Positions 45,940 to 57,275 of a DNA stretch of 64,000 nucleotides are shown here, one piece after another. Within the stretch, counting starts at the first letter, position 1; each line of letters starts with the position of its first letter. This DNA is from a virus. The notes beneath the pieces were generated by a model. That model ran no database searches. It was given only the letters and a program-made list of their open reading frames with translations, and was not told the origin of the DNA. Position numbers and translations under genes: made by a program. The stretch is taken from positions 32,001-96,000 of the IMG/VR virus record IMGVR_UViG_3300031455_000001. The stretch is one strand, 5' to 3'.

Positions 45940-48757
45940 TTATGAGTCTTGCTGTTTTTTGTGATTAACTTCTTTTAAGATTTCTTTAGTTGCATCGACA
46001 TAGCCTTTATTAAGTAATTCCTCACAAATAATTAAAACTGTTTTTAAATCCTTCATTTTAACCATCTCCTTTTCTCTGTTTTTTAAAGAATTTTTACCCA
46101 AATGATTTTCTTGCATCAGCTCCATTATCGTATATAGAACATCCCCAGAAACTCATATTTTCTTCATTAAAATGTCTTGCAAAATTTTGATCTTTCTTAG
46201 CAAGATTTCTACAAGCATCTTTTAAGTCTATTCCTACACAATGACCTAAAAGGACAGCACCGCTACTTTGACCTGTGGCTCTATAACCTTCGCACCAGAT
46301 ATCATAATCTTTCATGTGAGCCACCTACATTTCTTCATGATTACTTTCAATTTCCACATAGTTTTCGTATTCAATCACTCTGATAGCCTCACCATATGTT
46401 TTTGTCATGCCGCCAATTTCAACTACTTTGTTTTTCGGTAATTTTTTCAACTCTGCAATTAATTCCTCTACAGTCATTTTATTTTCCCCCTTTGATTCTA
46501 ATTCGTGTTGTGCTTTTCTACTCATCTTCACCAATTACACTCAACAGAAAATCACTTAAACATTGCTCTTTTTATGCAAGATTTCAGAAATCCTACCTAC
46601 CGAAACGACACCTCCTTTTACTCTCCCCATCTACTCGAACTACGCATTGAGTCTTTTTCCATTAGGTTCTCCAAGAAGCCTATTTGCTTTGCAATATAAA
46701 AAGTATTGGTCATTGTGTGAAATACGCATATTTTCATTGGTACTTCTGGATTCAAGATATACGCTATAATAAGTTTTGACAAAACCTTCAAGTTCTGAAA
46801 TCCTATCTTCCAATTCTTCAGACATAAAAATCCTCCTTTCGCACATTAGGTTTTCAGTTCAGTATTTGGTTCCACTGACCGACCGTTTGATCGAACGGCT
46901 CACTTCATACATTTTTCACAATGTTTAAATGGATAGCCTTTCGATAATTCCACAACTCCGCATTTAGGGCAATGATCTTTGTTTAGCCAATCATACATTT
47001 CTTTTTCTTCATCTGATTGTTTAGTCAATTCCATCCCTCCTATTTGTTCGTACTACGCTGTATGATACTTATACTCTTTGATTCTTTCGTGGCTAATTTG
47101 GTGATAGTAGCTAACTTTTATCATTCCTTTACATTGATTACATTTGTATATTTCAGCTATATAACCAACTTGAAGCATATCATCAACGCATTTTGTATCG
47201 TTATTTTTGCATTTAATACAAAACATCTATTTCCCCTCCTAGTTTGTTTCAACAGTCCTGCTGTTTATTCGTACTATGTGACATGTAATTTTGGTTATGC
47301 CCTACTTTATTTCCTTTAATATTGGACGAACACCTATCGCAATACTCACGCCATTCATAGCATAAAAGATGGTTTTAGCCGAATAATATTCGTGGTTTTT
47401 TCCTATTTTTGCAGCTTTATTTAGTTCTTCCAATATATCTTTATATTCTCGTTTAAGTGCTTCTACATCACTTTCACTTAAATTGCAATAGTCCTTAATT
47501 TCAAATTCTAGCTCGTACATATTGATAATCTCCTCTTTTGTAATTGTACCGCACCATTTATTAATAGGATGAAATTTTTGTTCCCGTGTTCAAGAAGATC
47601 CCCTTAACCTTTTTCCCTTGCATTAGCTCAAATTCAGCCACTTCATATCCCATTTCTAATGCCTTTAGAACCATTTCATCATAAATGTAAGCGTGAGCAC
47701 GTTCTTTTCCATGTCCGCAACAACTGAGTCCCATTGTCGCTAATCCACTTGCTAAGAGTGAGGACAACTCTTTTGCAATACAATCATCTACACAAAAGCT
47801 CTCTTTCTCGTAAAGATGCTGGATAGAAGGATGAAAATTCTCTCTTTTCATGATTACTCCACCACTATATCTTGTTCCTAAACACATATTACCCCTCCTA
47901 TATCGTGCGGTTAGATCACGACGCAATTTATTCTAACGGAATTAATAAACTTCACCAGTATCAGACTCTTGTTCAGCGCATGGCATACACCACATTTGAC
48001 CTTCCTCGTCCATGATAAAGTCGTAATTAAATTTGTCGGTTGGTAGTGTTTCTTTTTTGCAAAAAATACATTCCTTAACCGACAGTTTACTCGAACGGTT
48101 AATTTTCTATAGCAGCCCAACCCGAATCTAAATAGTTCCCTTCCCAATCTTCATACATTTCTTGAATAGCTTTTTCCAGTTCCTCTTCACTTTGGGAATT
48201 TAAATCCTCTTGTGTGAATCCTAGTTCTTCCAACGTTGAAATTTCTTCTTCTACCTCTCTACCTAATGCTACAGCGAACCTTATTTTAGTCTTTAATGTA
48301 TATTTCATTTACTGTGTCTCCTTCTCGATAATTGCTTTTATTTCTTTGTAACCTTGTTCAATACCCTCTCTTTGTTCATCCTCTAAATCACCAGTAATGT
48401 AATGGTCAAAAAGGTGGTTCAAAATATCAATAAGGTCTTTTTTCTCCATCTCAATCCTCTCCTATTTGGTTCTATAGCTCGGTTCGTTAAATGGAGTATC
48501 CGATTTGTAATTCAACCCCAACAACCATCTTGCTTTCTATGCAGTTGAACAGATCAACAATGCTTGGTTTTTATAATTTGCTTCCTCGATTGAATCTCTT
48601 CACTGTGAAATGGATTGTAGTCTTCTGAGTTATGGTATAGAACTGTTGTTTCTAGAGTCGTTCGGTAGTCACCTTCATAAATATTTACTTCAATTGCCAG
48701 TTCATTGTCGCGAATCATTTCAACGATAGTTTGTTTAATTAGCTTTTTATTTAACAT
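45940..48757 (-). CDS. cluster of small hypothetical genes (45940-46125, 46094-46324, 46325-46534, 46640-46846, 47302-47520, 47561-47926, 48099-48308, 48554-48757)
   Basis: ORF track; RBSs; 47561-47926 has VDDCIA...SCCGHG. Confidence 0.55.
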
Positions 48758-48960
48758 AGACTATCACCTTTTCTTTTTTTATTTAGAAAGTATGAGATTC
48801 AACTTCTTCACCATACTCGTTTGGCATTCATCACAAACGTCACTGTATTTACTGTTTATAGTGTCTCTTTCACCACATATAGTACACTCATCAGTTATTT
48901 TAATATTGCTTTTAAGACTATCTTTAAAGTTAAATTCTTTCTTCATCTTACTATCACCTT

Positions 48961-49362
48961 CTATCCGTAAACAAGTTCATTGAACAATGCGTATTGTACA
49001 ATACAGTCGGCAGTTGTCGCATCCCCGTTTTCAATATTTGAGTCATGAGGTCTTCTTTTATAGTTCATTGCATAGCCATCGATTAATTTATCTAATGTTA
49101 ATTCCCAAATCTCATCTTCGTCTTCTGAGTCAGAAAATTCAACCGATTTTCCTTCTAATAATAGTTTTGTCGCCCACAAAGATGCAGGCTCATCACTTGG
49201 CTTATCAATCCAATCTTCGCCTATATTTTCTAATCTAGCCCAATAACCAATTCCACCCTCTATTGCACTAATTATAATGTTTGATATATCGTTTGCGCTT
49301 AGTTCTTTTTCGACAACCGCAATTCCCACGATTTCGCTACCAAATTCCAACATATCAATCAC
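48961..49362 (-). CDS. conserved acidic phage protein
   Basis: AIEGGIGYWA...DATTADCIVQYALFNELVYG. Confidence 0.7.
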   Translation of the reverse strand: MIDMLEFGSEIVGIAVVEKELSANDISNIIISAIEGGIGYWARLENIGEDWIDKPSDEPASLWATKLLLEGKSVEFSDSEDEDEIWELTLDKLIDGYAMNYKRRPHDSNIENGDATTADCIVQYALFNELVYG

Positions 49363-49405
49363 TCCTATTTTAGCAATATTTTAACGTTTCTGTTATATGA
49401 TTTAA

Positions 49406-49717
49406 TTATTTCAGTCTGTACTCCCAATCAGTAACTTCTCCGTCAACATACATGACTTTTAACACATAGGTTTTAGAGTATTCATCAAATCCTTGTGTAA
49501 AGAAGGCGGTTCCACTAATTTCATATAGATTATCCTTAACTTCAACAATTTCCGTCATTGACTTTGAAGATAATTCCATTTTCTCTTGATATCCTAAATC
49601 CATATTCTCAGTTAAAATTTGTACTGCATCATCAAACACCTTGTCATCACTTACAGAAGAACACGCTGTCAAAAGTACCACCATCATCATAACAGATAAG
49701 AATTTAATTGCCTTCAT
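49406..49717 (-). CDS. lipoprotein
   Basis: Lipobox LTAC; own promoter at 49768-49796. Confidence 0.75.
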   Translation of the reverse strand: MKAIKFLSVMMMVVLLTACSSVSDDKVFDDAVQILTENMDLGYQEKMELSSKSMTEIVEVKDNLYEISGTAFFTQGFDEYSKTYVLKVMYVDGEVTDWEYRLK

Positions 49718-49845
49718 AAAACATCAACCTCTCTTTATTTAATTTTTTTATCCTTTTCTATAAGTTAATTATATCATAATTTTTATCTTTCGTCAAGCGA
49801 TAATTGATTAAAAAAATAATTATATTTTGTTTTTGTGGCGATTGT

Positions 49846-50952
49846 TTACTCGTCTTTCTCTTTTGTCAATGATTTTAATATTTCATACAAAGTATCTGGA
49901 TCTAATTTCCATGCACCCTTTCCTTCTCTTTCCTGTGCATATTCAAAAACCTTGATCCATTCTTTACTTATGCTTGATGATTTTAGAAATTCCTTATTGA
50001 TTCTTTTTAATACAGCTTTTTCAATGCTTTCTAAATTTAATGATTGCTCTATCGATTTTTCCACTTTCATTAAAACATTATTGACTGCTGATTCAATGTT
50101 TTCTGGATTGTGTTTTTCTAACAGTGTTATAATTTTCTCATTCTGCTTTTTGATGAGACTCATTTCTTTTTCAAGATCATCAATTCGCCTAGCCAACGGT
50201 TTTTCTACCACGATGCAACCACCTTATTCGATAGTATCAAGTTGAGCTGGTGTGACGGTCAACGTATAGGGAAGACCACCTGTCTTTGATAATCCAAAAT
50301 AACCCATCCTTGAAACCACCACTACTGTGAAATCTACACCTTGAAACTTGACCTTATCACCTTTTAGAATCCCATTATAACCAATTATATGAGGAAATTC
50401 ACATTGCTCCAACGCAATAGTCGATATCCCATCTTCATTTTCATTGGCTTCATACCATTTATAAGGTTTTAGTTTCATCTACACCGTCTCCCTCCAGTTC
50501 GCTAATGTGATAAGTAGTAACTTTTCCATTCTTGCCTTTGACTCTTTTCTTCTGCCTCTTAACAGGTGTATAGGTTTGAGCCATTTTTAATCTATTTCTT
50601 AGCTCCCAATATTCTTCTCGTTCTTTTTCAAATTCAGCTTTAGTTTGATTAGCTTTGCGTTTGAGTCCCATTCTTATCCCTCCAATAAAATTATCAGCCA
50701 ATTTTATCATATGTAAAAATGTTTTACATCTTTAAATCATAACACTTTAATCTTTTGTATATAATTAAAAACAATACGAATCTCTTCTCCAGTGTTTAAA
50801 TCATTGCAAACTAAAACAATGTCTCTGTCTCTTCTACTAATTCCTTTAAATCCCAATCTCTGCACTTCAACTTCAACTTCATGAGACATACGATACACTT
50901 GTACTCTCAATTTCTTTCCGACATAGTCTTTTATGCTTACTTCTCTACCCAA
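49846..50952 (-). CDS. four small hypothetical genes (49846-50211, 50224-50478, 50459-50710, 50737-50952)
   Basis: ORF track. Confidence 0.55.
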
Positions 50953-51036
50953 TCCTCATCATCCTCCTGTTTTAATTATATTAAACATATAACCACACCT
51001 TATAAGATGTGGTCTTTTATTGATTTTAGTCTCTTA

Positions 51037-51540
51037 TTAATTATTTTTGATTTCTTCAATAAAATCATTTATGTCGTCATGTATATTACTGAAGGTATTA
51101 TTGTTATCATAAGATTCAGATATGTTTCTAATTCCGCTTTTTATATAAGACATATCTAATGAGTCAATATCTAAATCACATTCAGAGAGAAATGCATTCA
51201 TTTTATCAACCATTATATTAAAAACCATTATATCTAGATTATCATAAAGAGATCGTGTGTAGTATTGGTAGTAGCCAGCTTTCATGAAGTCTTCAATATT
51301 AGTGCAACCTTCTGTCAAACCTTCGCTAACAGCTTCTTCTATATACTCTCTGATATCTTTTGCGTTCTCCCACAGATCATGGGTGTAAATGGGTATGAAA
51401 TTGTCTGCAATTTCTGAGATTGCATCACAAAGGTAGACATCATCATTGTAGTCTGAAACAAAAGAATTTAAAGCGTCTTCCTCATTTTTTAAATTTTGTA
51501 AAAGCTTATAATCATCTTTAACAATAATCTCTGTTGTCAT
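51037..51540 (-). CDS. Ocr-like acidic DNA-mimic anti-restriction protein (candidate)
   Basis: LCDAISEIADNFIPIYTHDLW matches the recalled T7 Ocr segment [21 protein letters not shown]; strongly acidic. Confidence 0.65.
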   Translation of the reverse strand: MTTEIIVKDDYKLLQNLKNEEDALNSFVSDYNDDVYLCDAISEIADNFIPIYTHDLWENAKDIREYIEEAVSEGLTEGCTNIEDFMKAGYYQYYTRSLYDNLDIMVFNIMVDKMNAFLSECDLDIDSLDMSYIKSGIRNISESYDNNNTFSNIHDDINDFIEEIKNN

Positions 51541-51594
51541 AAACAAGCACTCCCTTATGTTATGATTTATTACGTCTGACAAACCATTGGGCAA

Positions 51595-51915
51595 TTACTT
51601 AATAATGATCGTTGAGTGATAGTTGTTTCTGATCGCCAACATTCTACAAGTAGTCAATCTTCTACCTGTTTTCATTATCCATCCCACACCTTCATTAAAG
51701 GTTATTGGTATGCATTCAGAGTCAAGTATCACATCGCTTGTTTCACCCATAAATCGACCATTGATAGTTCCATCTGTCATAAGATTAACATTTGTAAGAT
51801 AGATGTAGAAATCTTGTTCAGAACTAAAAATCACCTTATCATCTTTCACTACTTCGAAGTTGTCCTCATTATTAAAGATCACATTTACTCTTTTGTTTCT
51901 CATAGGTTTTCTCAT
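51595..51915 (-). CDS. hypothetical protein
   Basis: ORF track. Confidence 0.55.
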   Translation of the reverse strand: MRKPMRNKRVNVIFNNEDNFEVVKDDKVIFSSEQDFYIYLTNVNLMTDGTINGRFMGETSDVILDSECIPITFNEGVGWIMKTGRRLTTCRMLAIRNNYHSTIIIK

Positions 51916-52091
51916 GTTGTATCAATCCTCTCGTATAGTTGCTTTATACGATTATTATATGCACTTATTGAGGATTTTATACTTATCAATGACTAGGATT
52001 TTATTTTTATTTGTCACTCAAAAATGTGCTTAAATAACTGTATTAATCATATTAACACTCCTTTTGGTAAAAGGGAGAAAAATCTCCCTTG

Positions 52092-53129
52092 TTAAATACG
52101 TCTCAATTGAAACATTAGATCCCTTAATGATTCTCTGCTTAATACTACTTCATTGTCACCTTGTTGAATTACTGCATGATCTCCTACCTCATAAGCCCAC
52201 ACATCTCCGTTTTCATCGTTTACTTCTGCCCAGATTTCTTCTTCTGCCCAATCACTTGCATAGTTGTAAGCTGAACTGCTGTAACCAAAATCGTTATGTC
52301 TATCTTTTGGATACCAAGCTTTAACCCACTTGTTTTCGTTGGGTACTTCGTTGAACTTTTCACAGTGTAAATTGATGATTGCAAATGTTTGCATAATAAG
52401 CCGAACCGTGTCTCCCATGTCGCTTAGTGATACAAACTCTCTGTCTGTATGTTCGTTCATGTAGCCAGCGCTTAAGTTGATTGAATTTACTCCATTTTGT
52501 GCAAAAGTCATTGCATCTGAGATGCCACCTCCAACACATGCCCAATCCTGCTCAATCAAACCAGAAACATTCTCCATGAACTCACCTACAGAATCACTAC
52601 AGAATGCCATTCCACAGCCTACAACGATATCTCGATTGCCTCTACGATCAACAACAATTGCCAAATCAGCATCTTCATAGAATCTCGGGTCAATTTTTTC
52701 CGATCCAACACAACCTACCTCTTCTTCTCTAGAGAAAGCAACTTTCACAGTGCCATTAAATCCTTCAAGTTGTTTAAGATTTCTAAGAACAGTCAGTACA
52801 ATTGCAATCCCTGCTCGGTCATCCGCTCCTAAAATAGCAGGCTTACCAGATGGAAGTTCCGCATTGATCATCCCATCTACTTCAACCAACACCTTATCTC
52901 TCATCACTCCACTAACCGTGTCCATGTGAGCCGATAGTAAAACCGTTGCACCTTTTCCATTTCCCATTTTCTTCTCTGCTAAAAGATTGCCATAATGATC
53001 CACCTTAACCATGTCTACTAGTGGAGTTAAAACAGGAATTAAATGCTCTCTAACTGGAGCCTCCATTCCACTCACTCCATATATGTTAAGTAGGTCAATC
53101 AGTTGTTCTCTCATTAGTTTCATTAGCAT
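52092..53129 (-). CDS. M20/M28/M42-family zinc peptidase
   Basis: GVSGME, AHMDTV, LGADDRAG, REEEVG, SDA, EHT. Confidence 0.88.
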   Translation of the reverse strand: MLMKLMREQLIDLLNIYGVSGMEAPVREHLIPVLTPLVDMVKVDHYGNLLAEKKMGNGKGATVLLSAHMDTVSGVMRDKVLVEVDGMINAELPSGKPAILGADDRAGIAIVLTVLRNLKQLEGFNGTVKVAFSREEEVGCVGSEKIDPRFYEDADLAIVVDRRGNRDIVVGCGMAFCSDSVGEFMENVSGLIEQDWACVGGGISDAMTFAQNGVNSINLSAGYMNEHTDREFVSLSDMGDTVRLIMQTFAIINLHCEKFNEVPNENKWVKAWYPKDRHNDFGYSSSAYNYASDWAEEEIWAEVNDENGDVWAYEVGDHAVIQQGDNEVVLSRESLRDLMFQLRRI

Positions 53130-53210
53130 CTGCCCCTTTAATTGTTTTTCTTATTATATTAAGTATACTATAATTTATTGCTTTTGTCAAGAGATTATTT
53201 AAAGCTTTCT

Positions 53211-53855
53211 CTAATTTCTTTTTACATATTCTTTCTCCATATGTAATCGTTCTAATAAATTTTGATTCATAGCGCTTAACTGTGCATCTTCGATTTCTTC
53301 TATCCTCATTTTCACTTCTTCTATTTCACTATTGAAGCTTTTCAACAACTCAATAGTTGCTTCTTTAATCTCACTTAAGATTTCACCATTATAACTTATT
53401 GATTCAATAAGTGTCTTATATATAGTTATAAGTGTTATCTCGTATCTAATCATCGTATAGGAGTACGGCTCAATGTCTTCATGGGTCGATAACATGGTGT
53501 GAATATTTTTAGCATGATTTATAACTACGTAATCACCACTATGATAAAATTGATTATATTCGTCAAGACAAGCGGTATACCCACCTGTGATTAGATGATT
53601 TTTAAAAACTTCACTAACTAAGGATTTTAATGGCACATGTTCATAAATGAAGTTATCGTCACGGTGATAGAATGCTATAATGTTTTTACTTTTGTAAATT
53701 CTGAAATGAGAAAACTCAATTGGATCGATCGCACCTGAGTCTATATTCTCTAGAATCATCTGTAAATATTTTAATGTATTGAATTTAATATCTTCAACAG
53801 CTCGATCCTCACTTTTATTGAATAACCTTTTAAAGATATTGTTTAGAAAACACAC
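53211..53855 (-). CDS. hypothetical protein
   Basis: ORF with promoter at 53877-53905. Confidence 0.6.
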   Translation of the reverse strand: MCFLNNIFKRLFNKSEDRAVEDIKFNTLKYLQMILENIDSGAIDPIEFSHFRIYKSKNIIAFYHRDDNFIYEHVPLKSLVSEVFKNHLITGGYTACLDEYNQFYHSGDYVVINHAKNIHTMLSTHEDIEPYSYTMIRYEITLITIYKTLIESISYNGEILSEIKEATIELLKSFNSEIEEVKMRIEEIEDAQLSAMNQNLLERLHMEKEYVKRN

Positions 53856-53907
53856 AGCTAACGCCTCCTTTATTTAAGTATACCATTATTTATTGTTATT
53901 GTAAAGT

Positions 53908-53955
53908 CCTATTTTAATACAGCCTCTTACAAGAAAGAGGCTGTATTAAAATAGG
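53908..53955. terminator. perfect 21-bp inverted repeat
   Basis: CCTATTTTAATACAGCCTCTT-ACAAGA-AAGAGGCTGTATTAAAATAGG. Confidence 0.7.
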
Positions 53956-55649
53956 TTTCAACATGGTCTGGATCATCCCAAGTAGACCACAGGGTGGTGG
54001 AGTCTTCATTAATATGAAGCCTATACGCTACTAAACCATTACTAGGGTATATCTCCAATTTATACTCTCTGCCATCAACCCTGTCAGTAACATTGACGAA
54101 CTGACTTAAACCATGAAAAGAACCGAATAAAGATTGAATGTACAATAATTGTTGTTTATTATCCATTAATAAACACCCTCTCCTTTTAAGTTTAAATTGT
54201 GAACTTATTAAGTGACTGCGCCAGTGTCAGTTGATCATTGTTTAACATTGCTGTTTTTAATTTGCCATTCATATTCTGTATATGCAGAATACCAATCATT
54301 TCCATATAATTCTTCTACAAAACCAATCGCTTCCTTAATGGTGCTTGCCAATACCTCTGCAACTTCATTTTTTTGCGGGCTGTTTTTGCTAAATGTAAAA
54401 TAATATTTGTTCATTTTCATCCCTCCATCTAAGCTGAAATATTATTCTTATTAAATCACCCTAAGCACTGCTTCCTTTACTTCATAAGGAAGGCTACCCC
54501 ATTCCATCTGTTTGCCGATATTTTTATTATATTCCTCATCGTTTTCTAGTTCATCTAAATCAATGTAACCATTTTCATCCAAAGACCAAACACCTAAAGG
54601 ATGAGATGGGTTATAACTAGTTGCAACTGTAAAACTATCTCCATTCTCATAAAGTATACATATAGTATATCTGTCAATTGTTTCACCTTCATTATCAAAA
54701 ATGTACATAACTTCCTCTGGTTGCTCAATAGTTTTCATTTTCTTTTCCTCCTTATAGTTTAAAATATATTAAAGACTTATATTATTTATTGTGCATCTCT
54801 TATCTTAATTTAATTATAACACGCACATTATCTTTTGTCAAGAGACATTAAAAGAAAAATTTTACTTCTTTACCAGTTAGATTTTCCACCGCTTATTTTT
54901 ATAAGCTCTCTATCTGTAACCCATCCACGCTTCCCCATTTTATCTTTAACACCGTAATTAGTGCCATCGCGTGAAGGGAAATAAGTCTCCACGCAAACCT
55001 CTTCTAATATCTCAAATGAGTGTCCATAACCAAACTTGGATTCCTTATTGGATATAACAATTAAATGCTCTCCTATTTTATGCTCAACCTGTTCATACAT
55101 ACAATCAACCCCTATTATCTTATATCATTATTATATGCAATTGTGAGAAGGAATAGAATAGGTATAATATACTATTTATAATTATACTCTGCATATTAAC
55201 CACAATTTGAGCATTTAAAACTTAAGATATCTTCATTTCCACTCATTCTCCATGATTCTATTTTGTAATTGATCAACCATTCCTTCAATCTCTTTTTTTA
55301 CATAGAAAACATCTTTATAAGTTCCTCCGCTTAATATTCCTAATCCCATATTTGCCATGCTTGGAACTAGATCATCAAAATGAGCTGTATCAAATCCAAT
55401 AACATAGTCATCATCACTGAAATATTCCTTCATTTCATCAAAAACATTCTCGGCTTCTACAAAATAAGTTACTCCACCATGCACACCAACACTATGCTCA
55501 TCAAAATCTTCAATTTTTTTCATTCCTACATATCCGCATAGATGCCCTAGTGATTGATGTCTATAGATAGCGCACTTGTGTCCTTTGTATTCAAAATAAA
55601 CTTCATCAGGTTCATCTTTCCATACCATCACTAATTCATTTTCACTCAT
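53927..55649 (-). CDS. small early genes (53927-54166, 54235-54420, 54451-54738, 54870-55100, 55233-55649)
   Basis: ORF track; DNEGETIDRYT and GHLCGYV..VHGGVTY..GFDTAH conserved phage motifs. Confidence 0.6.
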
Positions 55650-55880
55650 TTAAACCACTCCTTTTATAATATCAGCTTTTTATATAGACTGTTTAATGAT
55701 TTCAATTGCTTTCTTTTGAGTTATTTTTTGTACTGCTCCAATACTTGAAATATAGAATTTGCCACGATAGTAATTTACGCCATGATAATTAGTACCTTCA
55801 TCACTTTTCATCTTTTCAATAATTGCTTTGATTTGCTTATCCATATTATCGCCCTCCGTTATTTTGATAAAAGTCGCATT

Positions 55881-56099
55881 TTATTTATTTTCTTCCAACC
55901 ATTCAATTTTATCTATTGTATAATCTTCAAGACTGCAACTTTCCTCTCCTTCTCCCTCATTTATTTCTACGTATTCGTCATATTGTTCTGCAACCGTTTG
56001 AATAAATTTATCATCCTTTTTCAACTCAATGACAATCGCATCTTGCACTAAGTTATCCATAATTTTTTTCACATTATTTAATGTAGTCATAATTATCAT
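55881..56099 (-). CDS. acidic small protein, paralog A
   Basis: Close duplicate of 56844-57062. Confidence 0.75.
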   Translation of the reverse strand: MIIMTTLNNVKKIMDNLVQDAIVIELKKDDKFIQTVAEQYDEYVEINEGEGEESCSLEDYTIDKIEWLEENK

Positions 56100-56320
56100 C
56101 CTCCATTTTTAAATTAAGTATAGAATATCACCATTTTATACATTTTTAACTACAATATAAGTGTAATAATATCCATCATCTGATTGCGTTTGTTCGACAA
56201 CCTTATAATTCAATTGCTCTAACACAACTTCAACAGTATAATAATTTTCAACACGACAGATTACTTTTTCTCTCTTTTCCATATTATCATCTCCTTTTTA
56301 TTTTGTAGAAAATGAACATT

Positions 56321-56736
56321 TTATGCATATTTGAAATCAATATTGCCATCATTCACAACAGGTTTATAGAAGTTCCCAGATGTCGATTCGAATAATAATC
56401 CTTCATGATTTTCTACTTGTTTTAGATTTCCATATTCAATCCTAGTCAAAAGTAACTTATCATTGTTTTCAAGAGTTATTTTGAAGTGCCCTGCATTTTC
56501 AACAAATTCACTATTTTTAGTTTTTACCACTTTAATCATCTCCCTGTATAAAATTAGAATATTATCAATTAATACTCTTCTCTGTATTCTGATACAGAGA
56601 GAACTCTGTCTCTATCGTCATGTTTGTAAACCATCTTATTCGCTTGCTTCCACGCTTCTGCCTCATTTCTTGCGCTTACCACCTCGGCATAATCTTTACT
56701 GTTAGCGCTTTGATATTTGATTAGATAGGATTTCAT
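56321..56736 (-). CDS. two small genes (56321-56539; 56569-56736 MKSYLIKY..., not in track)
   Basis: ORF track plus manual translation; GAGGAGG RBS. Confidence 0.55.
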
Positions 56737-56843
56737 TTTGGTTTCCTCCTCTTTTTATCTTATATTAAGTATACACTAAATTAATTCTTTTGTCAAAAGA
56801 TTTTATCATTAATTTTTTAATAAAAAACTATTAACTTGCTTGC

Positions 56844-57062
56844 TCATACATTTTCTTCCCACCATTCAATTTTATCAATCGTGTAGTTTTCAAGATTGCA
56901 ACTTTCTTCTCCTTCTTCTTCATTTATCATTACATAGCCATCATATTGTTCTGCGACCGTCAAAAGAAATGCAATATCTTCTTTCAACTTAGTGACTGTT
57001 GCATCTTGTACTAAATTTCCCATAACCTCTTTTACATTTTCTAAAGTAGTCATAATTATCAT
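56844..57062 (-). CDS. acidic small protein, paralog B
   Basis: Close duplicate of 55881-56099. Confidence 0.75.
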   Translation of the reverse strand: MIIMTTLENVKEVMGNLVQDATVTKLKEDIAFLLTVAEQYDGYVMINEEEGEESCNLENYTIDKIEWWEENV

Positions 57063-57275
57063 TTTCCTCTCTTCTTCAGAGTTTTCAGAACACTTGTTTC
57101 TCCACGCTCATAACCGAAAGTAATAAAACCCTTTATGGTTCTCCTATCTTTTTCACTTAAATGACTCAACTGCATATCAACCATCTTGAACAATGATTTT
57201 AAGTTTTCCATGTTACCACTCTCCTTTAGCTTAATACCATTATATCATACATTTGTATCTTTTGTCAAAAGATTT

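Larger units (their letters stand above)
43743..48477. repeat. main array of family C junction sites (14 loci, 7 doubled)
   Basis: 43743, 44077, 44389, 44698, 44977, 45275, 45552, 45687, 46862, 47040, 47240, 47924, 48083, 48462. Confidence 0.85.

Noticed and set aside
43743-48477. CRISPR array
   Set aside because: Repeats are degenerate and separated by whole genes of variable length, not constant ~30-40 bp spacers; no cas genes.
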